A DNA stretch of 64,000 nt from Cyanidioschyzon merolae (taxonomy: Eukaryota): assembly GCA_000091205.1 (NCBI GenBank), contig AP006500.2; one strand, 5' to 3'. A program made the position numbers and the translations under genes. Shown here piece by piece: positions 53,356 to 64,000 of the stretch; positions within the stretch are counted from its first letter, which is position 1; every line of letters begins with the position of its first letter. The notes beneath the pieces were generated by a model. It did no database searches. It was not told where the DNA came from and worked only from the letters and a program-made list of their open reading frames with translations.

Positions 53356-53934
53356 TTAAGCGCGCTTACACAGGTACGAATGCGGCATTCTTGCGAGGAT
53401 CATGTCGACAGCGAAGAAATCGGGATCAGGTGAATTAATCGGGATGAGCTGGATTCGATGCACCCGCGAGCATCTAGTCGGCTTCCGGGAAACGGGGAAC
53501 GGATTGATCAACCGATTCTTCTGGCCCGGTATGCGAGCGGGCCCCAAGTCGGCTGCCGAGAAACGGACTTTTGGTCGACCCAGCGAGTTTCGCGACCTAG
53601 AGCCTTGCCGTGGGCGCTCGTAGCAATCCAGCATGTAGTACAATGGTGAACGCGCGAAAACAGGACAGATTTGCGGCACCGTCATGGGTATGCGCCCAAT
53701 TTTATCGATAACAAAGTCAATGCGAGCTGAAAGCGTAATACGAATATCTAAAACACCGTACTCAGACCAGTGAATCCTGGAACACCTGGACCAGCAGCCC
53801 ATATTTGTTTCCGATCGTCTCTCTCGCAGATATGCAACTGACAGTGGCGTCCTTTGGATATGCAAAAAGTCGCGGATAGTCGTCCCGCTGGCACTGCTAG
53901 CTTGCGCGGAGACGGTCTTGAATGTACAAGTCAT
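53356..53934 (-). CDS. Hypothetical 192-aa protein
   Basis: The ORF is intact. No motif is recognised. It lies in an otherwise gene-poor 4.7-kb stretch. Confidence 0.2.
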   Translation of the reverse strand: MTCTFKTVSAQASSASGTTIRDFLHIQRTPLSVAYLRERRSETNMGCWSRCSRIHWSEYGVLDIRITLSARIDFVIDKIGRIPMTVPQICPVFARSPLYYMLDCYERPRQGSRSRNSLGRPKVRFSAADLGPARIPGQKNRLINPFPVSRKPTRCSRVHRIQLIPINSPDPDFFAVDMILARMPHSYLCKRA

Positions 53935-56900
53935 TCATTCTGTGATCAACAGGCGGGTCAGTCTCGCTTGAGCGGGTCGTTCTCCTGCCGCTCATGATCC
54001 CAAAATAGGGCCTTCCAAGTGCTATCGACATGACTGTCTCTCCATCAGTGTACGCCAGTCCATAGATGCTCAAAGAAACGGTATCAGAAAACCCACTGGA
54101 TGCGAATTTTCCATACCCTTGATATGAGCCGTGGTGAAGCGACATGGATGGGCAAAGAGAAAAAAAGGTGCCTCCCCAGGAGACCGTCACGAGCTGGACA
54201 ATTTCGATTCCGCATTGATAGGCGAACGCTTATGACAGGAGCGACCGGTACTCGCCTCTCTCGGTAACAGCTCTTTCGTGAAAAACGGAGGATCTAAACG
54301 TAGATACGCAAAGCGGTGCCAAAAATTCCTCTCGTAAAGCCTCGACCGGTGAGCGTAGCGACGACAACATCAGCCCCAGCGGCGATTCAAGCATGTAGTC
54401 GCCTGAGTCTCGGCAAACAGGCAGACTCAAGCAACACGTCTGCCTCCCTTCTTCGAAGCACTCTGTGGCCTCTGCTTCTCGCGTTATTCTGTCCTGCGGG
54501 TAGGCCACGTTGCTTGCTGTGACGCAAAGGCGCTCCACGAGTGCGCAGCTGAGACGAGCGTTGAGCTGGTGTTCGCTTCAGCCTGGAAGTGCACGCTCAG
54601 TCCAGTTGGAAGCGTCTTCTCTGTCCTCCGTCGCCATGCTTTCCCTCAGGATGCGTTCCATAAAAACGTTCGGATGCGTGACGCTGTCCTTGGACAAGTC
54701 GTTTTCAGTCTTCGTCAGCGTTGAACGACTCTGGTGCTGAGCGGGTCGCCTGCGGGGAGGGATCGGTGAAGCGCGCCTCAGGCGTTTGGCACGCTCGCGG
54801 CTGAGAAGCTCGTGGAAAAGGCAGCTGCGGGATCGGAAACATATATACGCGGGGAGGCAAGTTGCTGGCTCGCCGTCCATCCACGGGGTCTGACTGCCGG
54901 TGTAAGAAAATGGAAGTGGAGTGCGACGTGCACATCCACGCTACCCGCCACGAAAGGAGAATGCGAAGCAACCACCTGACAGAAAAGAGAAGGATCCCAG
55001 CCGCAAAGAGGACGACGAGAGTCAGGAAGGAAACCCTGCGCACTGGAAAGGCCAGTCCGAAACCAGCGCCTACACGTCGGTGCCAGAACGCATCAACGGA
55101 AAAAATTCTCCGAGTACGTGAGATGCCCAGGGCTATTAGGTATTGCGTAGAATGTGGTTGACGGAAGGCCCGCCTAGCTCTCCCCGAATGGATGCCCCTC
55201 GTGCAGCAACTGGCGGGAAGGGTTTCGGAGGCAGCGCTGCCAGCAGTTCGCATTCGTAGGGAGTTTTTGGTCAAACCCTCGAGCGACAGCACTAGGAATG
55301 CTCCGCTCCGAGCATGCCAGCGGGCCTGTTCGTGGTGTCGTTGACCAATACACACGCTGGCCGGCATCCGTTTCTGCGCTGCACTACATGGTTGCTCGGC
55401 CCATGGACAGCGTAGGTGCCAGGAAAAGTTTCGCCCAAACCTCAGAACCTATAGCCAAGAGCGGGTCCGTGGCGACTACCCTACGAGGCGCACCCCAGAG
55501 GCGTTGTACTCGTTGCGTCCACAGCGTTGTGGTCGACGAAATGTTGGCGACTGACGCAAGCGGCTCTTGGGATGTCCGTGGAGGCACGTGACGAGCTGGC
55601 TCCGGACGAGAAGGTGCTGGAAGCGAGCTCGGAGATGTCGCATCGAGAACGAGCGACGCTCCAGATCGTCCGAGCTCATGGAGTAGGTTTCTGTTCCGGA
55701 GCTGGGCACGTCGTCTCGGAAGGATTACGCGGGCGTTGACCTGGCCTAACTTGCATCCTGCGCTGCTAGGTTTTCGCGAACGCGGCGCTCCACCGCAAGG
55801 CAGACCCTCTGGTCGTATGTGAGCGCCTTTGCATCCTCAAACCCCTGGTCGATACGGTCCCCGCATTTCGGGGCAAAGCCCATGATACCACCGTGCATAT
55901 TTGTGTGGTGTACGACGTCCTCAGTGGTCTACGATGTGTGCGCACGAGCAGCTAGGGGGCACTCTGCCTATTTCGGGCAGAGCGTTGGCGGGGCTCGTTC
56001 AACGCCACTCGTTGGCTGGGAAAACACGGAAAGCGATGTACAGGGGCCTTGGGGACGCGCACGGCACATCAAACAGCATGCACTTTGCGAAACCGCGGCC
56101 CGATGGGAGCAACGAGACTCATATTCAACCGCTTACGGAAAACGAACGTGAAGGCTTCGTGGTGCGCGTGGATGCCGTTTCTGAGGGCGCCGTGGCCGTC
56201 ACCGTGCCCGTTCGTCACGGGGCAGCGCCAGAGACCTGAACGGAAAGCAAATGAGTCTGCTCCACGCCTCCAGGGCTCGGTATCATCCGGAGTTGGACGT
56301 GAACGACGCCAGCAGGCGTACCAACTCGTGGAATGACGACGTAAAGACCTGTCGTGACGCGCTGAGTACGGTATCGGGCAAAAGGAGATGCACTGCGCAC
56401 CTCATTCATAACGGGTATGAGCGACTAGATCGCTCATGCGGACGAGCCATGGCAGAGGAACGCGGGACCGAGCTCGAGTCTCCAACAGTCGCAACCGCTC
56501 GCGGGCACGAGGCGGGTATTCGCAAGCTTCCTCAAAGCACTGGAAACGGAACTGGCCGATCGGTTGCATCTTATAAAGATAGTGCATGGCGGTGGACGCG
56601 CTCTAGTTGCAGAACTGGACTGTCGTCGATAACGCACAAGGGATCCGCGAACCGGCACTGAAGTGCTCTCAGTGATGAGCTCTGGACGAGATTCTCACAT
56701 CGCGAGCACAGAGACACGCTGAAACTGCCGCTGGAGACGATTTGGAAACGGAGCCGGACGTATGAGATGACGTACGCTGAGTTCATTGAGCTCCAGGTGG
56801 CAATGCAGTCACAGTTGAGACGCTTGCTGTGGAGTGTCTCCATCACGAACGGGAAACGCGTCCAGTTTCTGAACCGAGATTTGAGCGCCCACATCAGCAT

Positions 56901-58071
56901 CTGGAACTGCGTCGTTCTTCAGGAGCGTCCATCGGCTTTACTTCAGGCGAGGCTTCGATTCGATTGTTTAGTATGCAGTGTGGGTATTGTGCTGGAATGC
57001 TGCGGACTCTCGATGAAAAACATCATGTATCATCAGAGCGGCGATTAAGTCCCCGCTTGGAGCAAGCCACTTGTATGGTACGGTCTGCACTGTATCAAGG
57101 CTGGACTGCCATATACCTTCGCCACGAACAATGCTCGTGGGTAATTGTCGAACACTCATCGTATTCCTTACTTGGGTATTACGGATGAGACTCCGTACAA
57201 AGCAATACGCCTGTTTGATCATCGTATTTGACTCGTTTGCATCGAGTTGCTACTGCTGTTTTACACAGAAGCTTGCATAGTTTTATCGTGCATTGCCATG
57301 TGCGGTCGATGCGCTGGCTCACTGAAGTACCTGCGTCCATGCAGTGTAGACGCGATGCACCTCCAGGACCAGCGGCAAGGCAAACGACGCAGCGCTGTGT
57401 CATTCACGACTAGGAAGAGGCTTTGCACTGCTCGCAGCTGGTGTCCCAGGTCTTTGGATGCTAGGATGCTACAACTCTGCTCCAGATGTGTGCGTTCCCA
57501 AACCAGGATTGTAACGTGAAATGAGCTGCTCTCGCGGACCTTTCTGCTTCATAGAGCCCATAGTGCACCCGAGTGACACCAATCAATGTCAATCGTTTCA
57601 CACAAGATCCCAGGTCAGACGGAACGACTTTGCTCCAAAAATGACGCATACTTCGATGCGTACAATCAGAGTCCCACCGGTGCACTGGGAGACGTTTCAG
57701 GGCTACATACGAAAAAGCGCCGGCAGCTGAAGCTCGCACCGCCCACACCGTAAACCTATCACTTGGCGCCTTGTGGCGTCACCTGAAAACAAAGCAGTTG
57801 CGGCGAGCTCAATGCACCACGGTTGGCGCTAATGGCTATGGTAGGCACGGTGACGGAACGCAGAGCTCCGCAGCGGAAGGGCGGGTCTCTCGGTCGAACA
57901 GGAAGCCGCGCATATTCTTTACAGTGGACGCAGCTCATACCGTGTTTCGCAGTGCTGGCACGGATGCCGCGAAAGGACGCGGGTACGTAGCATAATGATT
58001 CAGATCAGACGAAAGGAGGAGCCTCGCCATCAAACGGTCGCTGGAACCTAACGCGACTCCTGTAACGTTGT

Positions 58072-59808
58072 CTAGAGTTCTCGTGCTCCGAGCAGTAACG
58101 CTCGATCGTCTATGGCAACCACTGCATCTTCTGTCTGTTGTTGTTGTTGGTGCATCCAGCGGGTCATAATCGGATTGGTCTCGGTGGTGGTCTCGTCCTC
58201 GGGACCCGTATCATGACCAGGTACCGTGTCGGGTGCATCCTCCGCACTTTTGATCAAACCGGACAGGTATGTTGCGCTATCCAACGTTGCAGCTAAAGGA
58301 AATTCGCTAAGATCGGCATTACACTGGGCTGATTGCGTTTCTGGCCGCGACAGCGAAGCCGTCTCTTGCGTCTCCTCGAGGGCACCGTACCCGTCGATGC
58401 TGCGCTCCCTATCGGAATCTGACGCTCCATAGGCGAATCGCAAAATCCGTCCAAAAAACAATCCCTGGACGAGAATCGACCAGACGACACCGATATAGGT
58501 CAGCATGAAGAGCAAATGATTGAAGCTCCTGGTCACCGCCTGTCCAGAAGCTTCCAACGCACCGGGAGCAGCGAGTGCCAGGGCGATAGATACTCCACCG
58601 CGCAAACCTGACCAAATGATTATCGCTACAGAATCGATTCTATATACCGCACGACGGTGCCGAGGTTCGTGAACAGCATCCCCGAACAACCGCCAACGGC
58701 GACCTCGTGACCAGTAGCGCCAGCAGCGGCTGCTCAACATCACCGCCGCCAGACTGAGCACCACCGAGGCCGCTCGAGCGATCATCGTGATAAGAATCGT
58801 GATGCAAGCTACAAGCAGCGTGCTTTTCCAGGATGAGGTCGGGCTCCAAACAACCGCCGAGAGACCTATGAGAAGAAAGAGCATTCCGTTAAGTGTTTCA
58901 TCGATGAATTTCCAGATGTGGAGCAATCGCTTCTCACCTCGTCGAGTAAAGGCTGTACCGCGTCCGCGGCTACTCATGACAATGCCAGCAAACACAGCTG
59001 CCAACGGTACGGATGCGTGTACATAGGAGCAAAAAACTTCCAAATTCAATACCAGCACAACTGAGGTCGTCACCTCCAGTAACGCATCCTCCACCATTCC
59101 GATAACATGACAGGCAAGCAGACCGAATGCGAAACCAATAGCGACACCGCCGAGGGCCTCTACTAGAAACACCCGCAGGACTCGAAAAACTGCACTGCAG
59201 TAAGTGCAGGGTTCTGTTGATTTCCCCGACCGAATTAGAACGACGTAGAGAATGACGCTCACAGCGTCGTTGAAGAGCGACTCGCCCAGGATGGCAAAGC
59301 GGGTAGCATCTGGAACTTGGCGGCGATACTTTTTCAGGATACTCATTACCGCAACTGGATCCGTGGGCGAAATAATCGCCCCAAACAGCAGTGCCTCACG
59401 GAAACTGAGCGCATAGAGGCTGGCCAGCCCACCGTAGGTCAGGACGCCTACCAAGAGCGCAGACAGGAGCGTCGAGAGTACCGAGAGCGCGAACACCGTT
59501 ACCCGAATGCGCCGGAACTCTCGCACATCAACGTGCAGTGCAGTCGCAAACAACAGAAATCCCAGGAAATAATCCAGTAAAAGTTCTGGGAATTCGTAGA
59601 TCACTTCAGTAAAACGATCCACTTCCTGCTGCAGGGGCGGCACCACCAGCGCCAGCTGCTTCAACACAAACGAGAGCACAAGTGCAACCAGCGAATTCAG
59701 CACTACCTGCGGTATTTGGAAGACTCGCTCGTTGACCAGTCGAAGGATCCACGTTGTGGTGAGTAGAAGATCCAGAATGACGACCGCTGTAGCGATCATC
59801 AGGAACAA
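58072..59808 (-). CDS. Na+/H+ exchanger (CPA1/NhaP-NHE family)
   Basis: About 11 TM helices are present. The NHE signature is LLFGAIISPTDPVAVMSILK, with ESLFNDAVSVILY and the GLRGGVSIALAL helix. A hydrophilic C-terminal tail follows. Confidence 0.7.
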   Translation of the reverse strand: MFLMIATAVVILDLLLTTTWILRLVNERVFQIPQVVLNSLVALVLSFVLKQLALVVPPLQQEVDRFTEVIYEFPELLLDYFLGFLLFATALHVDVREFRRIRVTVFALSVLSTLLSALLVGVLTYGGLASLYALSFREALLFGAIISPTDPVAVMSILKKYRRQVPDATRFAILGESLFNDAVSVILYVVLIRSGKSTEPCTYCSAVFRVLRVFLVEALGGVAIGFAFGLLACHVIGMVEDALLEVTTSVVLVLNLEVFCSYVHASVPLAAVFAGIVMSSRGRGTAFTRRGEKRLLHIWKFIDETLNGMLFLLIGLSAVVWSPTSSWKSTLLVACITILITMIARAASVVLSLAAVMLSSRCWRYWSRGRRWRLFGDAVHEPRHRRAVYRIDSVAIIIWSGLRGGVSIALALAAPGALEASGQAVTRSFNHLLFMLTYIGVVWSILVQGLFFGRILRFAYGASDSDRERSIDGYGALEETQETASLSRPETQSAQCNADLSEFPLAATLDSATYLSGLIKSAEDAPDTVPGHDTGPEDETTTETNPIMTRWMHQQQQQTEDAVVAIDDRALLLGAREL

Positions 59809-60322
59809 CGCTTTCTAAGCGCTTGCATGAGGCGGTGCAGGCCGAAAACGCTACCAACAGTCTACCATGTGGATCATCTGCGGTTCGCGTCAGAATCGTT
59901 TTGGAGTTCACGTGCCTAACTGTAGGCTTGACGCGTTTTACGACTAGAATATTTTTCAAAAAGGAGCGATTATCGACAAGGACTAAACAGATTTTTCACA
60001 TGAGTACCAGCAACCTTCCTAGGAAGTGTTCCAAGCTGGCACGCATGTCGTGATCGACCAGGAGATAACAGACTTGATTAGACAAGTGACGGCGTTCGTT
60101 CAAGGAAGTGTTGCAAGCTAGTTGGCAGGTGCCAGCACTGGACACAGCTCAAGCTTTTTCGTACTAGCCTGTAAAACCGCCACGAGCAGTCGCCCGTGCA
60201 ATACGAGGTACTGCAGAAAGCGCTCCGAGGTCCCTGAAAAAGCACAGCTGGCGTAGAGTCGCAAGACGTGTTCGAATGCAAACCTTTTGCCGTTTGGAGC
60301 ACTTTCTGTGGAAACGCACGCC

Positions 60323-61168
60323 ATGGGTGCCGAAGACTCTTCACTTTGCGCGGAGCTCTATCGATTTCTGAGGCTGCTGGTTCACAATCTACTCTACGCT
60401 GCGAAGGTGTACCCCGAGCAGTACTTTACTCAGCAAATAGCGTTCAACTTGACGACTCGAGTCGCCACCGTGGACTGCCTCGAGCGCTACATCACTGAGC
60501 ACATCGCGTTGCTCCACCGCGGCCAACGCCCTATAGGTACTGTCCATGAGATGATTGTTTCCATTCAAGAGCTTCCAGAACAACAGGATATGAACCCGAC
60601 GGTCGAATCTGTGGCGAAGCAGACCTCTCAGAATGGAGCAGAGGCGCAGCTGGCATCAAATACGGATCCCTGTCATTCGATGCTCGAGCTTGTTCGTCTT
60701 CGAGTGCTTCTCCCAGATCTTGAGGCACTCGAGGCCCTTGAAGCAACACCAGATAAGTGGAAGCTTCTCGAAGCCTATCGGTCCCGTTTTCGCCTCGTGC
60801 TCTGTCGAGTATTGACGTATCCGTGGCCACCACTCGCGGCACCAGTTTCGCTTGAAACATGGCGTCGAACATTCCGCCTCTATTTTCGTCTTAGTATGCC
60901 AGAGAAACAAGACGATACTGGTCTGATTCTAGAGACGCTTCGAGAACCTATCATATCAGAACGGGAGAGCGCACCGTCCACCAGCGAGAAAGAGCCCGCG
61001 AATGACGCTCGCGCTCTTCTTTATGCCAGTCAGAGGTTTGGCTTTCCGAGGGGCGTTTCCGTCCCTTTATGTGATGACGCAATAACAACACTCGACGGTG
61101 CTTCGAGCTTTCCTCCGAAACTGTCGCTTTTTGTTTTCATTGAAGAGCCACCCTTGGTGCCGATCTGA
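60323..61168 (+). CDS. HORMA-domain protein (Rev7/MAD2-like)
   Basis: SLCAELYRFLRLLVHNLLYAAKVYPEQYFTQQIAFNLTTRVATVDCLERYITEHIALL parallels the Rev7/Mad2 HORMA N-terminal block (...LILYVREVYP..F......NVPV.M...P.L..YI). The start is taken at the ATG of MGAEDS..., and the maximal ORF begins 36 nt upstream. Confidence 0.5.
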   Translation: MGAEDSSLCAELYRFLRLLVHNLLYAAKVYPEQYFTQQIAFNLTTRVATVDCLERYITEHIALLHRGQRPIGTVHEMIVSIQELPEQQDMNPTVESVAKQTSQNGAEAQLASNTDPCHSMLELVRLRVLLPDLEALEALEATPDKWKLLEAYRSRFRLVLCRVLTYPWPPLAAPVSLETWRRTFRLYFRLSMPEKQDDTGLILETLREPIISERESAPSTSEKEPANDARALLYASQRFGFPRGVSVPLCDDAITTLDGASSFPPKLSLFVFIEEPPLVPI

Positions 61169-64000
61169 ATGAGAAACGGTTGCTTCATATGCAACGTATA
61201 CACACGCGTTGACGATTCTATCTTCATGCACTTGCCGGGAATACGATTGGGTCGAAGGATTGATGTAGGCGTTCCATCCAATGATATACTGCACTATGCG
61301 CTGGCTAGGATGAATGCTGAGCTTGCCGGCAACGTACCATGCAAAGATGGCGCTCACAATGTGCCGGCGAGTATGGACAGAAATGTGGCAGGCGAGCGAT
61401 CCAATGCCTCGTGTAATACAGTTCACATTGCGACTTGCATGCAAGAATAAAATAGAATGGGTCCACTGACTCGAGCGTTCACGCTAGATTTCGCGTTTGG
61501 TCCATTGTTCGTCAACACCAGTCTTTGCGGGTTTCGTCTGCGACTGCATCCGTTGCGTATTTGTCATCTCCGGGATTTAACGACAACACAGTCTTTGGAA
61601 TCTCCCTAGCTCCGTCGTTCGCTGTCAAGGAATGATGATAATAGTTTTCAAGTCCAGATGACGCTACGAACACCCGGTCCGTTGCTCGACCGAGCGAACG
61701 TTGTTCGAAGCTTCCACGCAGTATTCGTTTCCTCGCACGCTCTTTGTTTTCGGTGTACTTTCCTGTAATTTCGAATGTGACGTTTGCGCCAAAGCGGCGA
61801 AGAGGTGTTCAGTCGAGAACAGTAACGCGGAAGAAAAAGAGCCGGTCGACGACATGGAGTTCATGAAGCGAATCATGTACTTTTTCGCTCGAGGCTTCGA
61901 AGGAAATCATGTATGGCTAGATGAACGAACAGCGGCTGAAGGCAGAGAATGGTGCCAAGGCAAAGGAAAAAGCAAGAAACGGTACATTCGCGATACGGCG
62001 AGGAGATGGATCGTTCAGCGTCGAGACGGATGACGTGGGCGTAGTCATCCTGATCAACAGCGAACTTGGTTCACGCTTCACGAGCCCCTGAGAGCTCAAA
62101 CGCACTCGTGCTCAGAAGAGGAAATACGCGTAGGACCAGCGCATATTTGAGGTGTATCGACTCATAGAGATGCTTCCCAATGCGATCTGCATCTGCATTG
62201 ATCCAGGAAGAACGAACCTTGATACCTGCGCTTCCGTGAGATTCGAAGGAGGGTCCGATTCCGCTGTGGGAACCGACGACGCTCCGTGAATGTTCGTATG
62301 GAACCCTCTGACCCTCAAATACGCTCAGGAGTTTCGCTCGCGCATCTGGAGTGTTCTTCTCAGCAGAAGAGAACAAAACGAGTGAATTGTCCAATGACTG
62401 AGCAAACGAAACAGATGGGAATAGCAGAAACCTTGGCCGCACAGTGGATAGCGATGCCCACGAGCGGTTCACGTACTATGGTCCCGTCATGCTCATTGAC
62501 TCGTGTTGTGGGAATAATACACGAAAAACGAAGAGCGTTCGAGGAAGCGGATGGTGAGTTATCGAATGGAATCATTTGCGGTCCCGTTTGCAGCGGACAG
62601 AGCACTCGTCCGTAAGATCGCTCAGAAGAAGCGCGTGACCGTCAGGTACGGCACCAAGCGCGAAAACGGTAGATGATATCCAGGAACTCTCCTGTCTTCG
62701 TAAAGTGCATATAGAGGGCGATGAAGGATGTGCTCAAGCCCCACACGGCGACGTTCGAAGGCGACGATGTGGTGGACACACGGAAATAATTGACTTCCCT
62801 CGAGTTTCACGGCTGCGAAGGGCATACCAAGGCTGTTTCCAAGGAAGATGAAAATAAGAGTCGGAACGTGAATCGCTACTTTCACGTATGCATAAAATAC
62901 GCAGAAACACGGCCGGAAGCAGTAAAATCGGGATTTTAACGCAGCCATCAACATCCATCAACTGCGAACAACGGAGCTGGTGGGGCAGGAAAGACCAGCA
63001 TTCTAAAAGCCTGAGACAAGAACGCATTGAGCAAGCAGTCATAGAGAAAACCGGCAAACACTAGCGTTGCTATTGATTGCGAGAGACAAAAACCTTGGTG
63101 TACAAGCCAAGTGAGAGGGCCCATTCCATTTTATGCTGGCATGGTTGCAGGATACAATCCACATATAGAATTATCTGAGCAGACGAATGGATTCGTCTAC
63201 CAGAGCATGCGACCACACACAGACGTGTCAACGGGGACAAACGCAAGCCGTGCTGCAGACGCTCTGCCTCCGTCCGAACGAAAAGGCCGCGCTTGCCTGC
63301 AGGTGGCATGTTCATGCTGCTGGCCCCGACTCTGAAGCGTTTGCTTAAAGACGTGCGGCGCACAGACCCGTGATAAAGCGCTGCAGCAAATGTCGCAAGT
63401 TAACCTACCGTACGCAGGTACCCGAAATCCAGTTTGGTTTCCGCGCTTCGCTCAGAATATGCACGGCTCAAGCGCAGCGATCACTTAAGTCGCTAGGAAC
63501 AGTCCACAAGCGCACACTGCCTTCATGGCGGTACGTCAGCAGCCCGCTCGCTCTTTAAGCAATCTTCAAAGGCTTGTCGTTCAGGTATCTCAGTCGCGAT
63601 GTCGCTCTCCGCTTGGTAGCGTTCGAATCATGATGCTCTAGACCAATAAAATTGTGGACATAAGTATCATCGTTCTCGACAATGCAATCCTGCAGGTTGA
63701 TGAGCCCCCGACGCAGCAGTTTCTCTTCCGCCGAAAGCATGGTAGCAGTGTCAACCGCGGCTCCCGTGACGCCCTCTGCAACGCTCGGCTGGCGACCGTT
63801 CGACACAGCCAACTCGGATATCTTTTCAGTGCTTGGTCGCCCTGACTTGGTGGTCTCCGAATGATTCACAGGTTGTTCACCGTGGTGAGCTTTTTCGGTG
63901 TTTTCTGGAGAGCCCAGCGCAGCGGATCGCTCGCTCTCTTCGTGCCCATTGGGTTGCAGGTAGATCACGGGATGCCGCTCCGCTGGACGTACATACAGCA

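Noticed and set aside
54705-55367. 220-aa minus-strand ORF
   Set aside because: It is extremely Arg/Ser/Leu-rich low-complexity sequence with no motif. It is probably non-coding.
1-64000. Kinetoplastid (Leishmania/Trypanosoma-like) or bacterial origin, suggested by the GC-rich, apparently intron-poor genes
   Set aside because: Gene strands alternate every one or two genes rather than forming long same-strand polycistrons. The gene content (Ulp1, Rrp7, Naf1, CCDC6, HORMA, SNARE, ERMP1) is eukaryotic. Intergenic spacing is far larger than in bacteria.

Overview
This window is GC-rich (about 55-60% by eye), contains nuclear eukaryotic genes and has few apparent introns. Long uninterrupted ORFs lie on both strands and alternate frequently, so it is not a kinetoplastid polycistronic unit and not prokaryotic. 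They are separated by 0.5-4 kb intergenic regions rich in mini- and microsatellites. From motifs I can read directly, I recognise about 17 protein-coding genes. They are a GT8 glycogenin-like glycosyltransferase, a histone-fold protein, ER metallopeptidase ERMP1 (M28), a Ulp1/SENP C48 protease, PdxT glutaminase, a bile-acid:Na+ symporter-family transporter, Rrp7-like and Naf1/Gar1-domain nucleolar factors, an SDR oxidoreductase, a DEAD(DEVD)-box helicase, a 1211-aa unknown protein, CCDC6, a tail-anchored SNARE-like protein, a Na+/H+ exchanger, a HORMA (Rev7/Mad2-like) protein and a 1145-aa beta-oxidation enzyme. The beta-oxidation enzyme carries enoyl-CoA hydratase, 3-hydroxyacyl-CoA dehydrogenase and 3-ketoacyl-CoA thiolase in one polypeptide. 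The most interesting locus is a roughly 2.5 kb AT-rich island at about 41.2-43.7 kb, in sharp compositional contrast to the rest of the window. It carries a disrupted TnpB/Fanzor-like (OMEGA-type RuvC nuclease) gene on the minus strand. Its features are a GxDxGxxN RuvC-I-like motif, a TS-plus-Cys/His segment, a C-terminal NRDFNAAINV RuvC-III motif, one in-frame TAG and one frame change. The window also holds a recently amplified dispersed repeat of about 1.2-1.4 kb in three copies (one direct, two inverted, roughly 8.5 kb apart). There are three minisatellite or tandem-duplication loci (37-bp x14, 49-bp x7, 120-bp x2), two further tandem duplications (112 and 106 bp) and a (GCGT)17 microsatellite. 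No rRNA, tRNA or CRISPR could be supported. Family assignments come from motif recognition without database searches, and gene starts are approximate.
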